From: Podarcis tiliguerta
Lineage: Eukaryota
Assembly: GCA_965153285.1 (NCBI GenBank)
Contig: OZ229126.1
DNA length: 64,000 nucleotides
Strand: one strand, 5' to 3'
Shown: in pieces, positions 37,138-50,039 of the stretch
Position numbering within the stretch: the first letter of the stretch is position 1
Layout: each line of letters begins with the position of its first letter
Position numbers and translations under genes: made by a program
The notes under the pieces: generated by a model
Told to the model about the DNA's origin: nothing
Databases searched by the model: none
The model's input: only the letters and a program-made list of their open reading frames with translations

Positions 37138-38531
37138 TCAGGAATGCATTTTCAGTGGTCATTCCCATTATATATTCTAATGTAATGGACCCCTAGTAAA
37201 TTGCAACCCATGTATTTAATTCTCCCACTGAAATCAATAAGACTTAGAAGTGTTTAATGTCACATGATTTTGTGTCCTAATTCTTTTTTAAATTTGCCAT
37301 TATAGATTGTTTGATATATAACTATAGGTGCATGTGTGTTTTCCTTCATGGCCAGAAGGCAATAAAAATGATGTGATTTTAAAGGGCAAGTGAAAATTGA
37401 AAATTAACTGAAAATGTGTGTTATTAATCTGTAATAGCAACAATAATAAAAAGAAATTGGCACTGGCATAATTTTTTTTTACTTAAATAGGGGTGGGGAG
37501 CATTGGTCTCATTTGTAGTAAATTACTATTAAGACTTACCATCTTTTTGCAACTAAGTGGTAAAACAATATCATGGAAAGGTAAGTGCAGTCAAAACAAT
37601 GCACAAATTTCTCTCCTTTTTCTTCATTCCTTTTTCTTCATAATTGTGAAGGGCAAAACACATTTTTCCTAACTGCTATCTTCAGGGTAGGGAGAATTTT
37701 TGAACTACTGGCTTTACTGTTAAACTACCATTCTCCTCAGTAACCCATTGCAATTTACTGACGCAAATGAAAGAAGAATCTACCAAGCACTTTTCCTATA
37801 CAGGCACCAGTAAAATGGACATGGTTGCATTACAGAAAATCTAGGTAATGTGCACCCTTTGAGTCTAATGCTCAGCTACTGTAGACTAAAGACTATCAAG
37901 GTCTCTGGACTAACCTTGTTGAGAACAGCCATGATAACAAACCAGCGGTGTCCCAACAGGAGAAGTTCAACACAGAAAACCCAATTATTTGTATACCAAC
38001 CAAAGGCTCTCTAACTAGCAATATCATAAATCTGTATTATTTTTCTATACAGAAGGCTCAGAAACACATCATATTAAAATAATATGAATTTACAATTTTG
38101 GGCTGCATTTTGGATCCAGCACTTTGGTGCCCATCATATTTTCATTTAACTACACAGTTTCAGCTGGGCGTCTTCTTTCTGGGTGCCCTTTGTCAGGGCC
38201 TAATATCCTTGTTCACCACACTGGCAAGACACTGAAGTGAGATTAGAACAATTAAAATCAAGGAGAGTTTTGCTGTTGATTTCAACAGGATATGTAACTC
38301 ACTTACATCCTGTGTTTATGTTTTCCCATTGGGTTTTTTAAGAAATTGTCTGTTGTACAACTCTTTAGCTGAGAAATACTAGTGAAACAAGACAGTGCTG
38401 GCTGGGCCTGATGGGAATTGTAGTTCTGAACATCTGGAAGGCACCAGGATGGGGAAGGCTGGGTTACGCTTGCTATTAGAGCCTTCTGAAATATTGTACT
38501 GAGTCTAATGAAGCTGCAAAGTTTTCATGTA

Positions 38532-38760
38532 CAGTGGTACCTCTGGTTACGAACTTAATTTGTTCTGGAGTTCCGTTCTTAACCTGAAACCATTCTTAAC
38601 CTGAGGTACCACTTTAGCTAATAGGGCCTCCCGCTGCTGCCGCCGCCACGGCACAACGTGATTTCTGTTCTCATCCTGGGGCAAAGTTCTTAACCCAAGG
38701 TACTACTTCCAGGATAGCGGAGTCTGTAACCCGAAGTGTTTGTAACCCGAGGTACCACTG
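38532..38760. mobile_element. Tc1/mariner (Tigger-like) MITE, copy 3
   Basis: TA|CAGTGGTACCTC ... GAGGTACCACTG|TA. Confidence 0.9.
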
Positions 38761-39069
38761 TATATACAATGAATATCATAAAATAATTGATAGTGTACAT
38801 TTGTATGACTAAGAAATGCCTTCATGGACTCTCCTGTTTTAATCAGCCATGCCTGATCTCAACTCAGTTAAGGAAAATAACTTTAATTTAATTTAAATTC
38901 TTCTCATCAAAATCAATAGAACCGGGCTGATAAAGTACTTAAGAAGAAAGTCGCCACTCATCAGTCACTGTGCTTATGAGGAGTACTTTTTATTTTTACA
39001 ATGGAAAATAGTTGATTTTCTACATATCCTTTTGCACTCATTGTCCCTCAGTAGCTGATTTAGAAATCA

Positions 39070-39270
39070 TTTTTATTTATTATATATACCTCTCACTTTT
39101 TTTAAATACTACTCCATGGAGCTCAAAACAGCATACAGTACGTGGTGCCATTTCCCCTTCTATTTTACCCTCACAACAACTCTATGAGGTAGGTGAGGCA
39201 GAGAGATTGATTGGCGCAAGGACCCCCAGTCAGCTTTATGGCCAAGCAGGGATTTGAATTCTGATTTTCC
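39070..39270 (-). mobile_element. Old CORE-SINE fragment
   Basis: attttaccctcacaacaactctatgaggtaggtgaggcagagag...caaggacccccagtcagctttatggccaagcagggatttgaa. Confidence 0.6.
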
Positions 39271-42243
39271 CACCCAGAGAATGGTCTGGGAGCTTGCAAT
39301 AGGCTGAACCATGTGAAGTCTAAATTGCTATAAAAAGTATAGCAAGGGCCTGAGAATCAGAAAGAATGGCTTGCCTTAAGTCACCGAGTGAAAGGGCAGT
39401 GGTGAGATTTAAACCAGGGACTTGCTCATTAATAGGTCAGCGTTCAAGCCATAACCCTGTGCTACCTAATGCTATTACACTATTTAAACTAAGCAGGTTT
39501 GGAAGAGACCTCATCTGAGAGCACTGTTTTTTATTATTAGGTTAAAATGTCACTAATATTTTAAACATGATAGTATACAGGATTCGGCATCAGACTGGCT
39601 TCTGGGCCTCAAACAGTACAGCAAAATAGGTGGATCTGGGTCTATGGATTGTGAATTACTGGGTGATTGAAACATCATTCTTATTTTCATCTAATGCTAG
39701 GGTAGGTAAATTAGCAAACGTGTATCAAACCAAGTAATGACAAATAATTTCATTTGTGCTGTGAACAACGACCCTAAGACAAACTGCACCCATTCATAAC
39801 TTAACTTGTGGTCTGAGGAGACCAAACGTCCCAGAATGCAATGTTCACTCTTGGGAAGAATCTAGACCCATATTCAGGATGCTGGCATTGTTATTGGGCT
39901 AAAATGCATTGCCTGTACAGATCCCATTATATTCACAAGCAGTATCAGTTAAACAATCATAGTTAAGATGGCTCAGCAACAAACTATTAAATATAGAAAC
40001 AATTTGCTGGTGTTGACATCTTTGAAAGGTTTGCCACTGTTGCTATTTATTTTGTGCCAGTGTTTAAGTGTTGTAAATTAAGAAATATTGATTCCTAAAT
40101 GTAGAATCAAGCATATTTTCTGTGCGTGTTCCATATATATATTCACAGAGAGAGAGTGCTCCAATTACACTGACATTTTACCAACTGTAATTATTAGTTA
40201 TGAAAATAATGAGCTATGAAATTCCAATTTATTGTTGACAACTTAAATGACAAAGCTCTGGAACTCAATTCTTAGCTCCATAGCAATGCAAATATATCTA
40301 GTGACAAATCTATTCAGAAACAGTAAAACTTTTAGATGTTCTTTCTTACTGGTAATGAGTTGCTTGTTTATTAGTTTTATTCATTGGCTAATAGAAATAG
40401 TAAGCTAAAAGTTAAACTTTGATGTGACTGCCATCGGGGTGGGATGAAGTAGCAAAGATAAAATGTCACAAAACTGACTGCTGCCGTTGACACTGGTAAT
40501 TTTAGAAACTGCACTTAAATAACATTCCTGAGACCATACATATTGGCCTGCTTCGGAACCACAAACAAAAATCTGAAAAATCTCCAGTTGTGCAATCTTA
40601 ACGCTACCAGTGTCTTTGATAGGCTTTTCGCTGAGTTTCCTAACTTGCCTCTTTTAAGAAATATCAATATTAGAATGCTTAAGGATCCAGTCTTGAAACT
40701 GCTTACTCAAGAGTATTTCCATTAAAGTTTCAGAGCAGCACCTCTGGCTTGTTTTTTGTCTTTTCACACATGGCAGTATAAAATCAAGACTCCTTCCCTT
40801 TAATCCAGTGAACTGACATTTTGTCAAATAGATGTAAGACAGAAAAGATCCAGGTCTACTTGTATCTGCTGACCTTCGCTATATCCCACTATTGACTCTG
40901 AGGATTTCGCACAGAGAATGGGGACACTGAAAGGATTCACATGCACAGAACACTATAAAGAATGTTTAATTTTACTGCAGAATTTTTGTATTTTAATAGA
41001 AATGGGACTGGTTTTGCATCCATGGTCAAACGTTACTTTTTATGTAGTGAGATGGAAAGATGACCTTATTTTAAAAAAAAGGAACCATAATTTACCAAAT
41101 TTACTTGAGAATTTGGCTCTAGTTAGTGTGAAATTGCACAACTTTCTAAAGAAACTGTATTTATGCAGCACTAACTACAAATCTTTACGTCTGCTTATGA
41201 ATAGCTCTATTTATATAAGTCAATGGAAGTACAGAAGTCATAGTAGTGAAAATGAAACTTAAGATATTTATATACTGTTGAAAAATCAGTGATAAAAAAT
41301 TAAGAGTTCTATCTATGCATGGTTACTCAGAAGTAATGCCCACTATGTGCAATGGGACTTCCACAAAAGCATTACAGCTGAAATTATTCAAATGCAACCA
41401 AAAACCTTTAACTTTTTATAGGTTAGGCAGGTGAAAAACAAAGAAGTGATAGATAACAAAATAACCTATCCAGATTTTATTCAAAGTTGCTGGGGAATGG
41501 GTGGACGGAGAGACTATTGAGAGAATCTGGCAGTACCTTAAAGACTAATATATTATGGTATATGCTTTGTGTGACTAAAGAAAAGAGTATCATTGTGATG
41601 GGAAGCAGAGTAACATGGTACATTAACAAACTCTCCTTTGCAAGAGCCAATACTTGATCATTGCAATCTTAACCAAGTTACATTAGTTTAATGCGCCTGA
41701 TTAATTTATTTTAAAAATTGGAGCATTCTATCATAGCATGTTCAAAATCATTGTGTCCACAATCATACTGTTCCTCGGCCGAGGTCAAGTACAGTAGTAC
41801 TTTACATACTGAAACAACAGAAGCTTCCCTTTCTTTTTTAAGTATTCTGCTGTTGCTACACAGTTAGAGCATCTCCACTGTGAACAGACAGGTTCACTTA
41901 AAGTTCAGTAATTAAGATTATTAATCATTAAACTGATTTTTATTATATGCAAATTAAATAATCAAATGACCAAAAATGGCTTGATTTTTAAGTGATAATT
42001 TGTAGATTTCAGACGAGTTTCAATGTGGCTTACTTAGTTCTGTTGAGTGTGCCTCAACTATTTCCTAATTGAATTGCTAATGTTTCTTAGAAACAGAAAT
42101 AGTAATTTTCCATAATATTGAGATGACTCACAGATTTGCCAGCATATTCAGTAGGAAGCATTTAATAAATAGTTCCATAATCAATAACTTATTAAATATA
42201 TTCTCAATAATCTATTTCTAAAACATTTCCTAGATTTGGTTGT

Positions 42244-42244
<1 letters not shown>

Positions 42245-42289
<45 letters not shown>
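42245..42289. repeat. (GATA)n microsatellite
   Basis: Read directly; lies ~150 bp into intron 2. Confidence 0.95.
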
Positions 42290-42439
42290 TGGATTTCTCT
42301 GAAATTCTTGTCATCATTGGGTTAACTCCCAAGAATCTGCCTAGTCACAAACCGAACTGTCTTTTAAAACACATTCCAATAACAAACAGCATGGTATTTT
42401 CTCTTTAAGAATCAATGAGATTCACTTATCTCCTTTTAC

Positions 42440-42605
42440 CTGCCAAGAATTTTGCTGACACAGCCATGGCTGACCCGTAGTTGCCTGGAAATGTCGCAGG
42501 GTCTGACACCTTGATGGGCAAGTTCCACAATCCTTTGGCGGACTACGTCAGGGAGTGGTCGACCATTCACAAAAACACCCCCTAACTGATTCACTCCTCC
42601 ATGTC
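42440..42605 (-). CDS. PAX5: PAX5 exon 2, paired domain N-terminal (PAI) part
   Basis: ttcag|GA CAT GGA GGA GTG AAT CAG ... ATT CTT GGC AG|gtaaaa, 166 nt. Encodes [54 protein letters not shown]. Confidence 0.98.
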
Positions 42606-43272
42606 CTGAAACATATGGGGGGAAACAAAAACAAAAACAAAAACAAGCAGAGAAAAAAATACATCTTTGTGACTGTTTAGAAGATGCTTACATAAGGCCT
42701 GTTTCAGCTATAGATTCCCATCTACCATCAAGCACTGGGCAAATTCTTAAACAAGAGTTTCAGTTTCAGTTCACCATTTCTGAAATGATGGCTATGGTTT
42801 ATTTGCTGAGAGGAGGAGGAACAATGTTATTTACTGAGACCTAATTTGACATTGATAGCAATTTTACACTTGTGTAACTCTAATTACTTCAATAATTACC
42901 CAGGATTATGTGGCATGAGAATCAGGCCTCTGATTTGCAAAACCATCTCTCAAAAGTTATTTTTAGGCCAATGCCTGAAATCATCAGGCAATGTAAAATC
43001 ACTCATGATGCCTAACTGATAGGGTGGATATAAAGGCTGAAAATCCTTAGCACGCTCACTTTTAAGTACCATTAAGCTCAATGAGACCTACTTTCCAGTA
43101 AACGTGCTTAGGATCAGGGGTCCTATCTCACTTGGTTAGAAAAGAAGGCCCAAATATTTTCCCATAATGGGAAAATATGGGCAAATTTAGGCAAATTTAT
43201 TGAAAGATGAAATTTGCCAAGCATTCACTTTTACTTTGAAAATCACAGTTTAATTATGTATGTCCTCAAGAC

Positions 43273-43273
<1 letters not shown>

Positions 43274-43303
<30 letters not shown>

Positions 43304-43316
43304 TGTATGTATGTAT
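43274..43316. repeat. (ATGT)n microsatellite
   Basis: Read directly from the sequence. Confidence 0.95.
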
Positions 43317-46115
43317 AGTCAATAACTTCTAGCTGATAGAATGTAGAAGAGCCTCTATAAATATTAGGAGCCTACAGAGCCTGGCTCAGACAAACTAAAT
43401 AGATTATTCTTTCTCTGTGTGTATTTTCACTACTCTCCTTTAGCAAGGTGAAACATCTATCTGTTGTGAAATGGTTCTCAACTAGATGAATAGCAGCTAA
43501 CTGGGTAAAATCAATGAGCGCGAAATATAATGACATGTAGCTAACTGAGAAAATATAATTAACTCCCAAATTGTTAATCATGCAAACTACTTATAATAGA
43601 GAAATTGCAATGTTGAAAACAAATAATTGCAATAACCAGCATCATTGGCAACAACTGAGCAAAAGTAATAAGCTAATCTCTCTATTTACAGAGGACTTGA
43701 ACTGTTCAGAATCAGTTGGCAAGGCAAACCGTTTCTGTATTAAACAAACCAGTTACATATATAAAACACTTTTATTTTCAACCCAATAATTTCCCAGTTC
43801 ATAAATTGCTGTCAAACTTTGGAGTATGTCAGAACATATGAAAAATCCACAATAACTATTTGATTATTAAAGTAATTTGTGTCAACCAAGCACAGACTCT
43901 TACTGTAGCTACTCATTTTAAAAACTGAATCTTTTATTTTTCAGCTGACTAGTTATGACTAAAATGTTCTGCCCTTAAAATGAAGCTTGGCGAGTCCACT
44001 TTTTGCTTTCTTTGTTTTATTGCTGCCTTCATTTTGAGCTTTAAAATACTCTCTGGACCAGGAAGGAAGGAAGGAGCTTTTTTAAAAAAAATAATAAAGG
44101 GTTCAGCTGTTGAAAGAACATGGTTTTCGGTCATTATTTTTACCCCAGTGAATGTGCTTTAACAGTATTAAACGTAATTTAATAGAAATATTGTTCACTA
44201 TGCTGGCTGCATAAGAATCCTCAAAGATTACAAATTGCAAAGTCAAAATTAGGCAAAGGGACTGTGTACTTTTAGGTCTTGGTTAGCTATACATTTGGAT
44301 GCAATCTCTATTGATTTAAAATCCTGGTTAATATTGCAGCAACCAGGAAAGGGGTCGGATTTATCAGTTAACTTAGACAGCCGTATATCCCTGCTCTTGG
44401 AAGTTATGTTGTGTAGAGTAGTTCCAGCTTCCCAGCTGAAACAGATAAGAATGCTGAAAGCAAATGAAACCCAGCTGAACTTAACAAACTTGGGAGTACC
44501 TGGGCTAGTTAGGCAAGGGCAAAGAATGAAGCACTGTAGTCTCCCAAGTGAACAAAGTTGCAACCAGGTGACTACTGTTACTGTAATATCCCAATACAAG
44601 GACGATTTATGAGAAGAAAGGAAGGCAGAGACAGAAAAAGAGTGGGGATAACAGAGGGGAGAATTCCCTCGCATCCTAGTGTATAAAGGTTCACTAAGAA
44701 GGCTATGGAACATTTTAATTCTAATAATCAAGGCTATTGCTCCTGGATGTTTGAAGGTTTAAGCAGCCCAACAGTGCACATGATTGGAGTAAAATCAAAC
44801 AATTGATATTCTACCTTTGTAAAAGGTTTGCAGGGGTGACGTAGGTATCACATTTCCTGAATTACAGACCTTGGGTGTATATAATGCTAGGTCCTCATGG
44901 AGGGTGGGGTGGGTTAAGGAAATAAACTAAGGAGCTCAATGCTAATGGATAGTAAAAATGAGTTAGGAAGTTTAAACAAGTGGATGTTTTAGGAAAACTA
45001 ACAGACAAAGACACATACATACAGTAGACACAGACAGGGGCACATGATATTCTGCTTCCAAAAATATTACCTTCTCCCCCCCCCCCCCCATGGCCAATTT
45101 CAAACCTAAAGCCTTTTGGTTTTCATCCAGTACAAAATGAATGGGAGTAAGAAGGCAGTCAGGGTTTCCATTCCAAAGATATATGGACTGGGGAGAATGC
45201 CAGGAAAAGGATCCTTTCCTACCCAAGGCCTGGGTGGGTTGTTTGCTGTTAATCCGGACCGACCTGCACTCTCTTCCTTGGTGGGCTGGATCTGCGGTTG
45301 TCCCGTGACATCAAAGTGCAAGCTGGGCTAAGGAAACGACGCGCAAGTCATTCCTGAGTCTCTTGCTGGCAGTTAAAGGGGACTACGGATTTATGTCGGT
45401 CATCTTACTAGCTGGGGGAAATTTATGGGACGGAAAGGGAATAACTAGTTTAAATGAAAAGAAAACGATCCATCCGTGGGGAAGCTGCAGTGTGTGCCTT
45501 CCTTATTATCAGGCAGAAATTCTCTATTATCAGATAGAAGTTATCGGTGTTTCAATTTACTTAAATAATAAAAAAGCATTAATTCAGAAAGGAAAAGCGA
45601 GCTAATGAGACCTTCGTTGCTACAAGGATCAGCCAAGCACATTAAACCACTCGAGATACAGAAAGATTAGATAGTTCTTTCTCAGAATGCAAGTTAGCTC
45701 AGCTCTTATAAGATATTGTTCGTTGTTCTGCCCAGTATAAGATTCCTTGTCTTCTTGGGATAATTGGTCTGCCCAGGAGAAATCAGGTTGCAGATATTTA
45801 GTAAGGCTGGAACGACAAATGTCGACTATAGAATTAGCTACTCGAAAAACTTCCACAAGGAAGCTGGGTGCGTCTGAGTGTGTATGAGAGTGTGTGATGC
45901 TATGTGCCGGTGTCGCAAGTTCGGCATGAATCTTTCTCATTTTCTGCCCATGTGCTTGCCGGTGATCAGTATTAGATATCTGCATACAAAACAGGCTGAA
46001 TTAAGTATGTGTACCCATGGCTAAATGTATTGCTATATAGCTGTGCCTGTGTGTTACGCAGCTGTTTTTATTTATTTAACGGATCATATTTTTATTCCAT
46101 GCTTCCTTCAGGGAC

Positions 46116-46128
46116 GATAGATATAGAT

Positions 46129-46171
<43 letters not shown>

Positions 46172-46177
46172 GATAGA
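46116..46177. repeat. (GATA)n microsatellite
   Basis: Read directly from the sequence. Confidence 0.95.
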
Positions 46178-49100
46178 TTCCTAAACCGCCAAGAAAAGGA
46201 GAAAAAATATCTATACATATGCATACAATGAGTCAGTCCGCCTGTTTGGATACAAAGTTTTACAAGACTGATGAATCGCCAACGCTGGTTCCTGACTAAA
46301 GTGTGGCATGACAGATAACAGGTTATGTGGGGCGAGGGGGTGCAAGCACGCGCATCCAATGGGCGAAAACTCATTAGCAATCAATAAACAAACATCTAAT
46401 ACACTATCTATTTCAGTTTCAATGTCACTTGGTTGTTGTTTTTTTTAAGGAACCGGTAAGATCACTCATACAGGCCTAGATGGGGCGTTTTGAAATTCAT
46501 GTTTTTTCTCTTTGGCTATTGCACATGATTTTATTTTGGCACGTCCAAGACTTAACTGTCTCCGGCATTATCTGGCCTAGTTGGTTATCTGATCCATTGA
46601 AGGGGGCTTCATTTTGATCATATGCAGAGCCTGATTTGTAGTCCATCCTCAAAAGTATCCCTTATGTTGATCAACTATTAGCTACACACACACAATAATT
46701 GCTTTAATTTCGAGTAATTTATTCTCTTAATTTTCATTTTCTCAACGCACTCCAGCCTTCCTATACACACTATAGAGAGCAAGGCTTATTATATATTGCA
46801 GATGGGGTGGCAAATATTGGTGCAACTGAGATTTTTGGCTTGGGAGCTCTCCATATTTTGAACGAGCCATCAAAGAGGACGTCAGTTGAAACATCAACAC
46901 CCCCAGATGCCCTTTCTTCCGTCTGCAAAACCTGACTGTGTTTCAATGTGCCTTTACACGTAAACTAACCGTTGGCGTCGCCAGCGAATGACGGAATAGT
47001 GAGTTAAAAGAGAAAAAACTTTATATGGAAGGAAGCGGCAGCCAAGAGAAGAAGAAAAAGTTTTCTTCATACATGAAGCTCGGAGAGATTGTCCAGTTTT
47101 AATCTCCTCGTTAACCAGAAGTAACTCAAAGGTCTCTTCCCCCCAGCCTGCCCAGCTCTATCATGCTAATTGAAAAGTCAGGTCAGCTCAAGCTAATGCA
47201 GCGAGTATGCGAAACGTGCGATTTAAAACTCCGGCTACCAACTAGTTTCATCTATGTAGAAAATATGCAGAGTGAATTATGGGTGAGGATGCGAACTACC
47301 ATAAAGGATCAGAGAGGGGGAGTCGGAGAAACGACAAGGTTGTATGCAGGCAGGCAGGCAGGCAGGCAGGCTCACTCCTCCCTGGTTGTCTGTCCACCTA
47401 CAAAGGTCTGGTTACCCCCCCCCCCAGATGCTGCTACAATGTAGCACGGGGCGTGAAGGTTTTCTCCTGCCTGTGTGTTTTGACCCTGATGATGGTTAAC
47501 GTGAGAAAACGCGTGTTTCCTCCCACCCACCCGGGACCAAAACATATATCGAGGCTGTTATAAAGACCTCCACTAGCAACCATCAGATTTGTCCGGAGGG
47601 GATTTTGGTGCCTTTTTACGCACGTCTTTCGAGCCGTTTCCGTGTTTATATTTCCAGGGAGTTCCCTCATTGAAGAGGATGCTAATCTAGCGCCCAGTTC
47701 TGCCATGGTTCGAAGCGAATCTAAAACAGATTCCTGGGAAACAGATTCTTCTAGTGCTACGGATTTCTTTATAATCAAAGGCTGTGTCTGGTTTAGAAGG
47801 CGATCCTTCTGGCTGGGCAGGGGAGGAAACTGCGAGGGCTCTTTTCCCTTCTGCGCATTTGAACCGAAGTTTCGGCGCCTCCTGCAGAACAAAATACGTT
47901 TCCTGGCAGAAAGGAGCGCGCTGGTGTTAATGTCCAGTAAAGATATCAGTCACATTTCCCACCCGCTACTTTGGGAAACGAGAGCAACAACGGGCTTCTT
48001 TTTGACGGCGCAGCTTTAAAATAATAAGATAGTGAAGGGACTGGGGTGGTGAGGAAGTATAAGACGCTGGGTGAGGGTCCTATCCCCCGCCCCCTCCACT
48101 CTCTCTTTTTCGCGTTTGTTTTCCTTCTTAAATTCCTGAAGAAGTTATCGATTTATCATTATTTAGGTTAATGGAGGAAACCCCTAGTCCCCTGGTAGCT
48201 TCCACGCATATGCGCGCGCTCTCCCTCTCTCTTCAAATTAGCACAAAGGCAACTCCAGGAGAGAGGGGGGAAGAGGGGGGGGGAGAAAAGAGAAGACCCC
48301 TTTTGATGTTCGTATTTTAAAGCCTCTCTCCACCGATGCAGGGCTGAGCGGGCGCGCATCAGTAGCCTTAACCTTTCCAGACAATTTCAGCTCCGGAGGT
48401 TGTGCTCCTCTACCACTTTTCTCTGTAGGTGACGGCTCTTGTATACTTTCCAAGCGAATCTGCAGCCTGCCTGCCCTGCGTTGTGCTTTCTGCATGCATC
48501 CAATGATCTAGTATGAAATTGTTTTATTGGGGAGGGAATGGATGAATAGATAGATAGATCACATCCATCTCGCCGCCGGATGGATGGATGGATGAATGAA
48601 TAGATAGATAGATCACATGGATTCCCCCCCCCTTTTTTTTTCTAGAAAAGAAAATCCGTCTTGGCTAAAAGGCCCTTGTGCATAAGGGAAATGCGATTAG
48701 TTCTACCCTATATTTCCTTGAAATCTCTGGATCTAATCCGGCGTTTAACTCACCATGAGAGAAGATGTCATTTCACATAACATTGTGTTAATGGATAAAT
48801 CTCCTCTAGCCCTCTCAAGCACAACAAATCTCAAGCAAACACATTACACACGACCTGCTAACTTAAACAGCCAACTTCCAATATTTAAGGCCTTTTTAAA
48901 CATCCTGTCTTATTCAGTCGTCACATATTTGCCTTTTTAAAATAATTTGCAAGGGAGAACGAATCCTTATACTGCATTTTAAAACCGCTGGTCATTTTTA
49001 TTTCTAAAACTTGTGTTAAGAAAACATTGCCAACAATATACTACAGACAAAACTTTTTTTATTTTGGGGTGGGGGCGTGTGACTCTTAAATCCAAGTTTG

Positions 49101-50039
49101 TATTTTATATACGGAAGGAGTTTTTATTTAGAAAGGCGTTAAAATAATCTGGTGGTCATTGTCGTTGTAATTATATTTTCTTCTTAGGCGTTTTCTCCCT
49201 CCCATGCATAACTGCAGAATAAACAGGGAAGGGTGAAGTCAAGTAGGGCTACCCTGAACTTTGAAAAAGACACACAAAGACAAAGAGAAAGTAAGACACA
49301 CAAACACAGAAGTGGATGGAGGAAAGGGGGAAAACATAGTTTAAAAATAATAATAATGAAAACCCGGCTTGTGGAAGGTTCCTATACGTTAAAAAAAAAT
49401 ACTGTAAGGATACAATCCTATGCACGCTTACCTGAAAGTAAGCCCTATGGAACTCAGTGAGGCTTATTTCTGAGTAGACATGCATAGGAACACCCTGCTG
49501 GGTAGATTCGTTATGCAAAAGTAAGCAATTTTGAAATCAATGCTGCGAGTAAATGCATTTAGGATAGATAGGGATGCTTGTTATATTAGAAGCTGCTCTT
49601 TTGCTCAAGCTCTGGCTTTCGTTTCCTGGTCTAACAGCACTTAATCTGCGTTGGAGACAAAGGCAAAGCTCTGCTGAGTTTATTATTATTATCATCATTA
49701 ATATTATTATTAAAAAGTGGTGATGATTATAATTATGGTGACGATGCTTTAACAGAACACAACCCAGTCGAAGAGAACCTGTTCTTAAGTTCCCCAGCGC
49801 TGGAAGGAGGAGTTAGAGCACATGCTTCAAACCCTCCCCCTGAAATCACTTGGACTTCGAAAATGTTTCGCTCTGGCTGGATCGTGTCCTAAAGCAAAAG
49901 GGAGGACGCTTTCCATTCATTCCCTACATACTGTGGACCAGGACGTGTCTTTGTATATAGAGAGGAGGATGTCCGTGTGGCTCTTTTGTTTTCTTTTGCT
50001 TTAACTCCTCTGAAACCACAAAGGGTCTGAAACTGGACA

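Noticed and set aside
45308-46875. TCF/LEF motifs (CATCAAAG) as evidence of Wnt regulation
   Set aside because: Such short motifs occur several times across 64 kb by chance; no clear clustering.
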